32,000 bases of DNA from Vulcanisaeta thermophila (GCF_001748385.1 NZ_BCLI01000001.1:257177-289176), one strand, 5' to 3'; counted from the first letter of the stretch, positions 1 through 7,635 are shown. The notes: generated by a model not told the origin, from the letters alone. Translations and numbers: made by a program.

Positions 1-134
1 CTACCCCAGTCACGTATTACGAACTCATCATTACTAACCCAAATCACATTATTCCCATTAAGGCGGCCAAGCTCTATTATTTCCTCAAGCCTCCTCTCGG
101 CCACATCCCTAGGAAATCTACGTGGTAACCTCAC
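1..134 (-). CDS. hypothetical protein, N-terminal 44 codons only (gene runs off the window start)
   Basis: The minus-strand frame is open from GTG at 134-132 to the window edge, with an in-frame TAG two codons upstream. Translation: VRLPRRFPRDVAERRLEEIIELGRLNGNNVIWVSNDEFVIRDWG. A TATA-like TTAATAATAAGG (minus strand, 152-163) lies about 17 nt upstream. Codon usage matches the neighbours. No family recognised. Confidence 0.35.
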   Translation of the reverse strand, partial: MRLPRRFPRDVAERRLEEIIELGRLNGNNVIWVSNDEFVIRDWG

Positions 135-241
135 ACGGGGCTATCCCAATCCCTTATTATTAACCTTATCACTTAACTCCCACTTCTCCCTAGGTGTTCA
201 TGGGCGTATACCACATTAGGGGCCTGGGTTATGTTATGGGT

Positions 242-847
242 TCATTGGTCCTTTTTGTGGGTTTGGTTCGTGCCTGAGGTTAGTATGGCATTGGCAATTA
301 ACCTGGCAACCCTAATGGGCTCCGGCCTCTTCCCCTCCCTAGTGAACTTCCTGAGTATTACTCTCACGGCCCTGTAATCAATGCCCACGAATCTGGCGTA
401 CACCCTCAATCCACCTGGTATTATGAATTCATGGGGTTTACCCAATGCCTCGTACGCCCTCACCCTGACCTCGTAATCATTGGGGAATAACTTCCTCAGT
501 GCATTGGGTACGTCACCCTCGGGCTCCTCGAATACTAGGCATATCACTGGTATGCCCAGGGACTTATGCAGTTCGCTTAGGTTCACTATGTTGTACCAGG
601 ATATTATGCACCCATCGAGCATGATTAACTGAATGTCACTCCTACCCAGGGACCTGTGGAGGTTTATTATTGATTCCGTGGCATCCATACCACCAACCCT
701 GGCCCTCCCCACCACCACCCCATCAATTAACCAGTCAGTCCTCATGACGACACCCACAAGGACTGAGTAGTCCATGCCCAACCTAAAGCTCTCGGCAATG
801 CCCAGTGCCCTAATCCCCTGCTTACTAATGAGTGATCCAATGTCCAC
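242..847 (-). CDS. DUF99/UPF0215 family protein (endonuclease V-like fold)
   Basis: 201-aa ORF with a GTG start. Its pattern IRALGIAESF...VLVGVVMR...DGVVVGRARVGGMDATESII...LIMLDGCIISWYNIV...GIPVICLV matches archaeal UPF0215 proteins. A minus-strand TTTATAA box lies 22 nt upstream of the GTG. Confidence 0.75.
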   Translation of the reverse strand: MDIGSLISKQGIRALGIAESFRLGMDYSVLVGVVMRTDWLIDGVVVGRARVGGMDATESIINLHRSLGRSDIQLIMLDGCIISWYNIVNLSELHKSLGIPVICLVFEEPEGDVPNALRKLFPNDYEVRVRAYEALGKPHEFIIPGGLRVYARFVGIDYRAVRVILRKFTREGKRPEPIRVARLIANAILTSGTNQTHKKDQ

Positions 848-883
848 TTTTTAAACGTCGCTAATGTACTTATAAAGTTAGAA

Positions 884-1753
884 TTATGCCCTAACCTTCA
901 GCCCAAGCCTGATCAATTCCTCCCTTAACTTATTAACCTCCTCATTGGTCAGTGGCCTCATGTATGGCCCCTTAACTGTGCCGAAGTCATAACGAAGCAG
1001 GTGTACTAATTTATAGTACCCATCCACGCCGGGGAAATCCTTAATCAGGGCTCTAACCCTGGCTATTAAGTCCTGCTTCTCCATGGCCGACCGTATCCTG
1101 CCAGCCTTCACGTCACTCACCATCTCCCTCATTACCTCGGGCATCACGTTGGCCATGGCTGATATACATCCCCTGGCGCCCACGAGTAATGATGGCACTA
1201 TGATGCTGTCCGCGCCATTGAACACCGTAACCCCAGTCCTCACGTGACCCATTATTTGAGTTAAATCACCCGTACTATCCTTAATACCCGCTATCCTAAC
1301 GCCATCGCTGATTAACCTACTCAGTATTTCAGGCGTTACATTGAAACCAGTGTTTTGTGGTATATTGTATATGAATATGGGTAATTTCGTGATTTCCATC
1401 AATTTCATGTAGTATAGCTTTAGCGCTTCGTAATCTGGCCTGTAGTATATTGGTGGTATTGATGCCACAGCTACGGCGCCGTACCTCTCCGCCAGCCTCA
1501 CGGTTTCCACAACCTCATCCCAGTAGGGTGAGTATACATGGACTATTACCTGCTTATTGGTGTGCTTACTGAGGATTTCCAGGACCTCCCTCCTCTCATT
1601 AATGTTCAGGTGTAACCCCTGGCTTGTGGTGCCGAAGGGGTAGAACCCATCAACACCAGCCTTGCTCAGTGATTCCACGTGGGTTATTAGTGAGTCCGTA
1701 TCAAGCCTGTTGTTTTTGAAGGGTATTGCCAACGCCACGAATATACCCTCCAT
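884..1753 (-). CDS. DapA-family class I aldolase (KD(P)G aldolase / dihydrodipicolinate synthase-like)
   Basis: 289-aa ORF with the family layout: FGTTSQG (GTTGE-like), YNIPQNTG (Tyr motif) and GIKDS (Schiff-base Lys position). A TATA box (GTTTATAAG) lies about 23 nt upstream of the ATG. Substrate cannot be assigned from sequence alone. Confidence 0.75.
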   Translation of the reverse strand: MEGIFVALAIPFKNNRLDTDSLITHVESLSKAGVDGFYPFGTTSQGLHLNINERREVLEILSKHTNKQVIVHVYSPYWDEVVETVRLAERYGAVAVASIPPIYYRPDYEALKLYYMKLMEITKLPIFIYNIPQNTGFNVTPEILSRLISDGVRIAGIKDSTGDLTQIMGHVRTGVTVFNGADSIIVPSLLVGARGCISAMANVMPEVMREMVSDVKAGRIRSAMEKQDLIARVRALIKDFPGVDGYYKLVHLLRYDFGTVKGPYMRPLTNEEVNKLREELIRLGLKVRA

Positions 1754-1801
1754 ACACCCACAGGGTGATTAACTAACTTATAAACTTGAGTGAAACCCGT
1801 A

Positions 1802-4309
1802 TTAATGCGCTTCTTGTTCAATCCTCCTTTCATTAACCCCCTTGATAATCCTTATCAGGTTATAGCTCAATCCCTCATTCTCAGCGGCGCTTACTATGTT
1901 ATTCGCCAACTCCGTGGATTGTGTCGTTATTATTACCTGCCCAATCAACCCCTCCTTAATGAACTTAACCAGCAGGTTTGCAAAGGCCCTCCTAATGTTC
2001 TCGTCAATGTAAGGTACTGGTTCATCCATTAGTAGGAAGTCCACGTTGTGGTTCATAGCCTTATAAACGCTTAATATGAAGGATAGGGCCAGCGTCAGCC
2101 TCTGGCCATCACTTAACCTTGAGATTAGGACCTTCCTACCCCCTGGCCTAAAGGCGTGCAGTGTGTACTCACTGACAACCCCCACCACGCCCCTGTCCCT
2201 AACGGTAACCTCTATACCGGCACCCTCGAGGTCATTATATGGGTATAGCACCTTGAATATGGAGCTCACGTTGTTACCCACGAGCTTTATCATCTCATCC
2301 CTAACCCTTGCCTGCACATTCCTAATCCCAGACCTAATCCTAACGAGTCTGTTATAGAGATCCTCCAGGTAATCCAGCCTCCTCCTCATTTCCGAGGGCT
2401 CCTCCTTATCAAGCCCCACCCTGGCCAGTATAAGCTCCAGCCTGCTCAACTCGGTGGAGTACTCATTCAATTGAGCCCTGACACTGTTTAACTTATTACC
2501 TACGTAATTAACCTCCTCCTCAAGCTCCGTTATTTGCTTCGTATCGAGACCTAAACCACTAAGTTTATTCCTGAGCTCCTCCTCCTTCCTCCTCAGTTCC
2601 TCAAGCATCCTCTGCTTCTTGAGGTAGGAGAGGGCCTTATCAACCTCGTCAACCCTCGCCCTAAACTCATCAACGAACATGAACAGTGCTTGAGCCCTCC
2701 TGCTCATGTCCCTAAGCGCCTTGTCTATGTTATCAAGCCTGGAAATCACCCCCTCATACTGCGACTTAGCATCCCTTAACCTCTCGACCGTGCTCTCGTA
2801 ATCATTAACTATTGGTGCCAGTGCCTCCATCCTGGTGAGTGCGCTTTCCAACTCATTCAGTCTATTGCTAATCTCCTTAATCTCGTCGCTGAACCCCCTG
2901 GAGATCTCGCTTATTTTATTTCTTATCTTCTCGTAATCCTCAGCACTTAATTCCCTACCGCATACTGGGCATGTGTGCTCGTTGGTACTTATTATGTATT
3001 GTAGCACATTCAGCAGGGATACCCTGAAGTTCTCCTGTGTATTCAATTTATCAAGCCTAAGCCTCAACTCATCAATATCCCTCTTGACCTTGCCTGGCTC
3101 ACCGTACTTACTCACCAACTCCCTATACTCCCTAACCCTGGGCTCCTCCTGGCTCAACCTAACCTCCAACTCCCTGATCGTGGCCTTAATCCCCTCAAGT
3201 TGCAGCTCAAGTTCGGACTTAACTTTCGTCAACTCCTCGCTATTCCTCGCCAGTTCATCCCTAAGTTCCTCCAGCTTTTTGAATGTATTATAGATGAGGT
3301 CCAGGGCCTCGGGTAAGTTATTGACTGTTATGACCAACTTCCCCAACTCCTCGCTCTCCCTTATTAGGGCGAACTCCTCAAGTTTATTAACCAGGGAGTC
3401 CCTTAGCCTCTCTATCTTCAATTTCAATTCCCTCTCATTAACGTCCACCCCAGCCCTTCTTAACTCACTCTCGATCGCCTCCCTCCTAATCCTGGTGGCT
3501 ATGTACTCCATGTAAACCTCCTCAACGCCCTTAACATTACTAAGAATCTCACTCCTCCTCTTTAACAACTCCTCGTACCTAGCACTCAATTCCTCCTCCT
3601 CCCTCCTAAGCCTCTCAACCTCATTCCTTAGGAATACCATTCTCTCCCTGGCTCTCTCAACTGAGCCGTACTTACTGGTGATTTCGGGTAACTCCTTAAT
3701 ACTGGCCAGCCTCTGCCTAAGGTCGTTGATTGTCCTCTCTATCTGTGTCATGGGTAATGCCCTATTTAAGTTCTCGAGTACCTCAAGGCCGAATAACTTA
3801 TCAATGAGTAAGCTCCTCCTGGCCGTGCTACCGTAGACCAGGGCCTCCAAGGTCCTGTGAGTTATGAGTATGAATCTCTCGAAGTCATCATCATCAATCC
3901 CCAGGGCCTCGATTATCCTCCTATCCACATCATCACTGTAGGGTGATGATCCAATGAGTAGTTTAGAATACTCCCTCGCGGTGTCGCCCACCCTCCTCAA
4001 CTCCCTGGTTATTGTCATGTCATTGCTTAGGGAGAGCTTAACAACGGCGTTGTTGGACTCCTCATTTATTAGGTCTGTTAGCTTCGCTATCCTCTCCTTA
4101 ACCTCAAGCTGTGTGCCGTATAGTGCATACTCCACTGCCTGTACAATGCTGGTCTTACCAGCACCCACGGGTCCATGTATTATGTTCAGGCCATCCGTGA
4201 ATACTATCCTGTGCTCTCCACGGAAACCCCTAAAATCCCTCAGCATTAACTCCCTCAACCTAACCCTCACCCTCACCCACCTCGATGCCCGCGTTCCTGA
4301 GTAACTCAT
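1802..4309 (-). CDS. rkd-4: Rad50/SMC-like coiled-coil ABC ATPase with CxxC zinc hook (arcadin-4-like)
   Basis: Up to 835 aa. Walker A is GPVGAGKTS near the N-terminus. A very long heptad-rich E/R/L/K middle contains CPVCGRELS at its centre. The C-terminus has the signature LSDGQRLTLAL and Walker B DFLLMDEP. It is the last gene of the crenactin operon. The true start is probably internal (GTG 4276/4270 or TTG 4258), because the first ~15 codons overlap the upstream small ORF and consist of SD-like repeats. Confidence 0.85.
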   Translation of the reverse strand: MSYSGTRASRWVRVRVRLRELMLRDFRGFRGEHRIVFTDGLNIIHGPVGAGKTSIVQAVEYALYGTQLEVKERIAKLTDLINEESNNAVVKLSLSNDMTITRELRRVGDTAREYSKLLIGSSPYSDDVDRRIIEALGIDDDDFERFILITHRTLEALVYGSTARRSLLIDKLFGLEVLENLNRALPMTQIERTINDLRQRLASIKELPEITSKYGSVERARERMVFLRNEVERLRREEEELSARYEELLKRRSEILSNVKGVEEVYMEYIATRIRREAIESELRRAGVDVNERELKLKIERLRDSLVNKLEEFALIRESEELGKLVITVNNLPEALDLIYNTFKKLEELRDELARNSEELTKVKSELELQLEGIKATIRELEVRLSQEEPRVREYRELVSKYGEPGKVKRDIDELRLRLDKLNTQENFRVSLLNVLQYIISTNEHTCPVCGRELSAEDYEKIRNKISEISRGFSDEIKEISNRLNELESALTRMEALAPIVNDYESTVERLRDAKSQYEGVISRLDNIDKALRDMSRRAQALFMFVDEFRARVDEVDKALSYLKKQRMLEELRRKEEELRNKLSGLGLDTKQITELEEEVNYVGNKLNSVRAQLNEYSTELSRLELILARVGLDKEEPSEMRRRLDYLEDLYNRLVRIRSGIRNVQARVRDEMIKLVGNNVSSIFKVLYPYNDLEGAGIEVTVRDRGVVGVVSEYTLHAFRPGGRKVLISRLSDGQRLTLALSFILSVYKAMNHNVDFLLMDEPVPYIDENIRRAFANLLVKFIKEGLIGQVIITTQSTELANNIVSAAENEGLSYNLIRIIKGVNERRIEQEAH
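4253..4283 (-). repeat. tandem Shine-Dalgarno-like hexamers at the small-ORF / Rad50-like gene junction
   Basis: The minus strand reads GAGGTG GGTGAG GGTGAG GGTTAG GTTGAG G. These are four to five consecutive GGTGAG-type units. They encode EVGEGEG* in one frame and (W)VRVRVRLR in the other. Confidence 0.8.
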
Positions 4310-4436
4310 TTATGACCTTAAGGAGCCCCCTACGCCCACCCTCCTTATAAGCCAGGTAAAGCCTCACGGCAAGCTCCGCATCATCACCCAACTCCTCCCT
4401 GAGGAACTTAATTATTAACTCATCAAGCTCCCCCAT
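4260..4436 (-). CDS. small 58-aa helical protein, positionally arcadin-3-like (absent from the supplied ORF track)
   Basis: Hand translation: MGELDELIIKFLREELGDDAELAVRLYLAYKEGGRRGLLKVINELLRNAGIEVGEGEG*. Its ATG (4436-4434) overlaps the TGA (4438-4436) of the upstream gene as TGATG. Its TAG (4262-4260) abuts the candidate TTG/GTG starts of the Rad50-like gene. It fills an otherwise non-coding gap with neighbour-like codon usage. Confidence 0.6.
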   Translation of the reverse strand: MGELDELIIKFLREELGDDAELAVRLYLAYKEGGRRGLLKVINELLRNAGIEVGEGEG

Positions 4437-5122
4437 CACGAACCGCCCCTCCTCCTGAGCACCTCAATCCATGGATTATTACTAAGGTAATCAGGCAATT
4501 CAGCACTTGGGATACTACCGCCCTCCTCACCACCCCCAGTACCCTGCGGGGTGCCCTGTACATGGGTGTTGCGTTCGAGGGCCTCCACCCTACTTATCAC
4601 TGTGTTGAGCATGTTCTCAACCCTACTCACCCTATTCCTTAACTCCTGGATCTCGCTCCGTAGAGCCCCCATGTTGAGTTGTGAGAGGGATTCCTGTAAG
4701 GATTTCACCATTTCCTCGAGTTGCGTGAGCCTACTAATTACCGCACCCGCATCACTCATTTGTGTCTGTATTGGTATACTCGGTATTAACTCCTCCACTG
4801 ATTTATCAGGGTCGGTGGCTTCCAGATCGTATAGGTAAACACCGACCCACTGACTCCTGAATAATTTGCCGTTTATTAATCCACGGGCTTTCATGGGGAG
4901 TGCCAGGTAGGCCTTGTTGTACCTGAGCCTATTCTTCATTACATTACTTAGTTCATCCACTATGAAGGACTCTGTTGGGAACTCCTCATGGGCTATCCTC
5001 ACGTAGATCCTATTGTTACCCTCTATGAAGACCACCTCCCTATCACTCAGCTCCTCCTCTACCTTACAACCCCTCCTCATTAACCATTCCTCAATGACCT
5101 TCCTGGCAATTAATACACTCAT
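4436..5122 (-). CDS. rkd-2: arcadin-2-like protein (N-terminal globular domain, coiled coil, Gly-rich linker, conserved-looking C-terminal peptide)
   Basis: 228-aa ORF immediately downstream of crenactin, the position and size of arcadin-2. The central heptad segment is LTQLEEMVKSLQESLSQL...IQELRNRVSRVENMLNTVISRVEALE. A linker GTPQGTGGGEEGGS follows, then the tail SAELPDYLSNNPWIEVLRRRGGS. Confidence 0.65.
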   Translation of the reverse strand: MSVLIARKVIEEWLMRRGCKVEEELSDREVVFIEGNNRIYVRIAHEEFPTESFIVDELSNVMKNRLRYNKAYLALPMKARGLINGKLFRSQWVGVYLYDLEATDPDKSVEELIPSIPIQTQMSDAGAVISRLTQLEEMVKSLQESLSQLNMGALRSEIQELRNRVSRVENMLNTVISRVEALERNTHVQGTPQGTGGGEEGGSIPSAELPDYLSNNPWIEVLRRRGGS

Positions 5123-5188
5123 TCCTCTACATATAAACCGGGGACTTGCTTTTTAACCTAATTCATTCATTAATTTAAAATTCATGAC

Positions 5189-6499
5189 TCACTGAAAGAA
5201 GTACCAACCCTCCTTAGTCCTATCATTCCACTTAACGCTATTGGGTAGTGCGTATCCGTATATTATCGAGCCCTTCCAAACACTGAACTGTGGGTCCTTA
5301 ACCATATTAATACTGAGCTTGCCAGCTAGGTCGGGCACCCTCTCGCTCATCATTATCCTAACCTTCTCAACACTATCCACGGCCACGTCCTCAAGGCCAG
5401 GAGGCACGCTCCAGTTGAAGGCACCACCGCTCAGTATTATCGTGCTTATTATCTTGTCCTGGATCTCCACAGGGACCTTCTTAATACTGGTCACCAGGGC
5501 CTCCGCCACATCCATCTCCCCGTAGAATACCATGTCACCCACCGTGGCGTCCTCAATGACCAACCTACCCTGCTGTATATAGCTAGTGAATACGTCGTGC
5601 CTCGGGTTAAACACCACCTCACCTATTAGGAACCTCATCCACGCTGTGTCCCTAAGCTCCACCTCAACCAGTGGGTTCACCTTAACCTTTATGGCGAACT
5701 TATCGGGGTTCTCCCTAGCCTTTCTAATGGCCGTGTCCAGGTCCCTGGGGACAAGCCCCACGCTCCTCTTCACAATCTCAACCACATACTCATCCTTAGC
5801 CAGATCCCCATAGCCCGAGTCCTTAAGCACCTCCCTAGTCACTGCATTGGCCTCGGCACCTCCCCTGTTCAGGGCCACAATGCCCTCCCTAATGGGTCCG
5901 TAGCTAATGGGGACCAGTTGTATATTACCGTGGCCAGCCTCTATCACTGTGCACGTCACAGCCTTCTCGGCTATGGCCACGGCGAAGGGTTGGTCTATTA
6001 TGGTCATTGCCTGTATCAACTTGCCCCCGAACTCCTCATTAACCTCCCTATGCACCTCAATCATCCTATCCCTCATGTAGTCAGGGGCCAGTGCCGAGAG
6101 GGCCACCACCAGGTAGTAACCCCTGAAGTCGCTCCTCCTTGATACCTCCCCGTGGAATTGGGAGAAGCCGTACCTGGAGAGCTCCTTCACTATTCTCCAT
6201 GAATCCTCATCCTCCTTCCTTATGATACCATCCCTCAGTGGGTACTTTAGGTTCCTAATGGCGTCCCTCACGGAGCTTAGGTACTTGGGTATGTCATCAC
6301 CAACCACAACACCCCTTTCTAAAATCTCCCTTGGAATTAGGAGCTTTATACTCTCGGGCAGGTCCCTGAGGAATAAGCCCCTGCTCTGTATCATGTACGG
6401 CTTGTCCCTTAGAGTTATGGGTCCGTACTTAAAATACCCAGTTCCAAAATCCTCAGCGTACACGTAATTAAGCTTGTACCTGGCCTCGTCCGTGCTCAT
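5189..6499 (-). CDS. cren-1: crenactin (archaeal actin homologue)
   Basis: Actin/HSP70-fold motifs are present: DFGTGYFKYGP (phosphate 1), VIEAGHGNIQLVPI (phosphate 2) and ILSGGAF (adenosine). From memory, it is collinear end to end with Pyrobaculum calidifontis crenactin (GLFLRDLPES, LKYPLRDG, ALNRGGAEANA, YGEMDVA, SVWKGSIIYGYAL). I prefer the ATG at 6499, which forms an ATGA overlap with the upstream stop and has GGGTGA 7 nt upstream. The ORF track's TTG at 6505 is the alternative. Confidence 0.93.
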   Translation of the reverse strand: MSTDEARYKLNYVYAEDFGTGYFKYGPITLRDKPYMIQSRGLFLRDLPESIKLLIPREILERGVVVGDDIPKYLSSVRDAIRNLKYPLRDGIIRKEDEDSWRIVKELSRYGFSQFHGEVSRRSDFRGYYLVVALSALAPDYMRDRMIEVHREVNEEFGGKLIQAMTIIDQPFAVAIAEKAVTCTVIEAGHGNIQLVPISYGPIREGIVALNRGGAEANAVTREVLKDSGYGDLAKDEYVVEIVKRSVGLVPRDLDTAIRKARENPDKFAIKVKVNPLVEVELRDTAWMRFLIGEVVFNPRHDVFTSYIQQGRLVIEDATVGDMVFYGEMDVAEALVTSIKKVPVEIQDKIISTIILSGGAFNWSVPPGLEDVAVDSVEKVRIMMSERVPDLAGKLSINMVKDPQFSVWKGSIIYGYALPNSVKWNDRTKEGWYFFQ

Positions 6500-6870
6500 T
6501 CCCAAGTCACCCTAATGGTCACGAACTCCTTATTAAACATTATTACGTAGGAGTTATCGAAGGTCTTAACCCTGGGCTTAACCTTATCCCTAACGTCAAC
6601 TGGCGACTTGGACAGGGCCTCATCCACACACTTCATGAATTGCTCATAAACCTCCTTGGCCCTCTCCCCATTGACCTCCACGTAGTACATGGCCTCGTAC
6701 TTAACACCATTATCCACAACCAGGTACTTGACGCCGAGCTCATTCAGTACGCAGGTTATTAACTCCCTCTCCTTCTTAATCAAGCCCTCCTCATCTACAC
6801 TGCCCATTGCGCACTTTGCGCAGTCCACGTTTAACCACATAACTAAAGATTTATAAGGGGATTGCATCAA
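6496..6870 (-). CDS. rkd-1: small protein translationally coupled to crenactin, positionally arcadin-1-like
   Basis: ORF of up to 124 aa directly upstream of crenactin; its TGA overlaps the crenactin ATG. The start is uncertain: ATG 6867, ATG 6840, GTG 6828 or ATG 6807, with two TATA-like boxes at 6850-6857 and 6882-6890. The assignment is by position only; I do not recognise the sequence itself. Confidence 0.55.
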   Translation of the reverse strand: MMQSPYKSLVMWLNVDCAKCAMGSVDEEGLIKKERELITCVLNELGVKYLVVDNGVKYEAMYYVEVNGERAKEVYEQFMKCVDEALSKSPVDVRDKVKPRVKTFDNSYVIMFNKEFVTIRVTWE

Positions 6871-6902
6871 GTTGTGGCGAGATTATAAAGGTGCGTGTTG
6901 AT

Positions 6903-7265
6903 ATGGAGGATCAGTTAATCCTAGAGATAAGGGATCTTGGGAGTGTGACCATAAAATTAGAGCCCGCAGTGTCCCCAATGACCTACGCAAGGCTCGTTAG
7001 GTCGTTACCCACTAAAATGAACCTGATAAGGTATGGCCAGATCATAATAATACCCATAGACCTGGGGTTGGTTAGTGAGGGTAGGAGAACAAGCATGAAA
7101 CCCCTGGAGGTGGGTTACTGGGTTAAGAAGCGGAGCCTCGTGGTTTCACTGGGCAATGTGGATTTGGGGGAGCCCATCAACGTGATTGGTTACGTCACAT
7201 CAGGAGCTGAATTACTCAGTAAAATTAATGGTGGGGCCTTCGTTAGGTTATTCATTAATAAGTAG
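6903..7265 (+). CDS. cyclophilin-like fold protein (TM1367/PF04126-like)
   Basis: About 120 aa. The C-terminal pattern EVGYWVKKRSLVVSLGNVDLGEPINVIGYVTSGAELLSKINGGAFVRLF parallels the TM1367 family (GDVGYWPPGKALCLFFG...[23 protein letters not shown]). The N-terminus aligns best from the ATG at 6903; GTG 6891 is the longest ORF. Confidence 0.6.
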   Translation: MEDQLILEIRDLGSVTIKLEPAVSPMTYARLVRSLPTKMNLIRYGQIIIIPIDLGLVSEGRRTSMKPLEVGYWVKKRSLVVSLGNVDLGEPINVIGYVTSGAELLSKINGGAFVRLFINK

Positions 7266-7353
7266 TGAATTCTCTGGTGATTGAAAGCTCGGCTGGCATT
7301 GTCATGGTAAAGCTTTAAAAGGGCTTGGTAATGAGCGTAGTGGCGAGTAGGGT

Positions 7354-7635
7354 ATGAGCACTCAGGAAACCACAATACTGGTTGGTAAAAAACCAACCAC
7401 AAGCTACGTAATAGCGGCAGTAATGAGCTTCAACGCTGGGGCTAAGAAGGTAACACTAAAGGCCAGGGGCGGCGCAATAGCCAGGGCGGTGTCAACCGCG
7501 GTAATGATAAGGGATAGGTTCCTACCTGGGCAGGTAAAGGTTAGCGACATAAGGCTACTAACTGACAAGGTAACCACACAACAGGGCAAGGAGAGGGCTG
7601 TGGCCGCCATAGAGATAGTGCTTGAGCGAGTATAA
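7354..7635 (+). CDS. albA: Alba (Sso10b) DNA/RNA-binding chromatin protein
   Basis: 93 aa. ILVGKKPTTSYVIAAV...KKVTLKARGGAIARAVSTAVMIRDRF...VKVSDI...AIEIVLE is a typical Alba sequence. The TATA box GCTTTAAAAGG lies about 30 nt upstream. Confidence 0.9.
   Translation: MSTQETTILVGKKPTTSYVIAAVMSFNAGAKKVTLKARGGAIARAVSTAVMIRDRFLPGQVKVSDIRLLTDKVTTQQGKERAVAAIEIVLERV

Noticed and set aside
1790-4304. Several plus-strand ORFs (80-116 aa) lie inside the Rad50-like gene, for example 2973-3293 and 3954-4304.
   Set aside because: They are Ser/Leu-rich, low-complexity mirror frames antisense to a strongly supported gene. They have no promoter or SD context and no recognisable motifs. They are typical shadow ORFs of an R/E/K/L-rich coiled-coil gene.
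1802-5122. The SMC/Rad50-like ATPase, the small protein and the possibly nuclease-like protein could be read as a defence island (Lamassu/Wadjet-like) or as the DNA-repair Rad50 locus.
   Set aside because: The genes are embedded in, and translationally coupled to, the crenactin operon, matching the published arcadin arrangement. No Mre11, NurA, HerA, kleisin or effector nuclease motifs are visible nearby.
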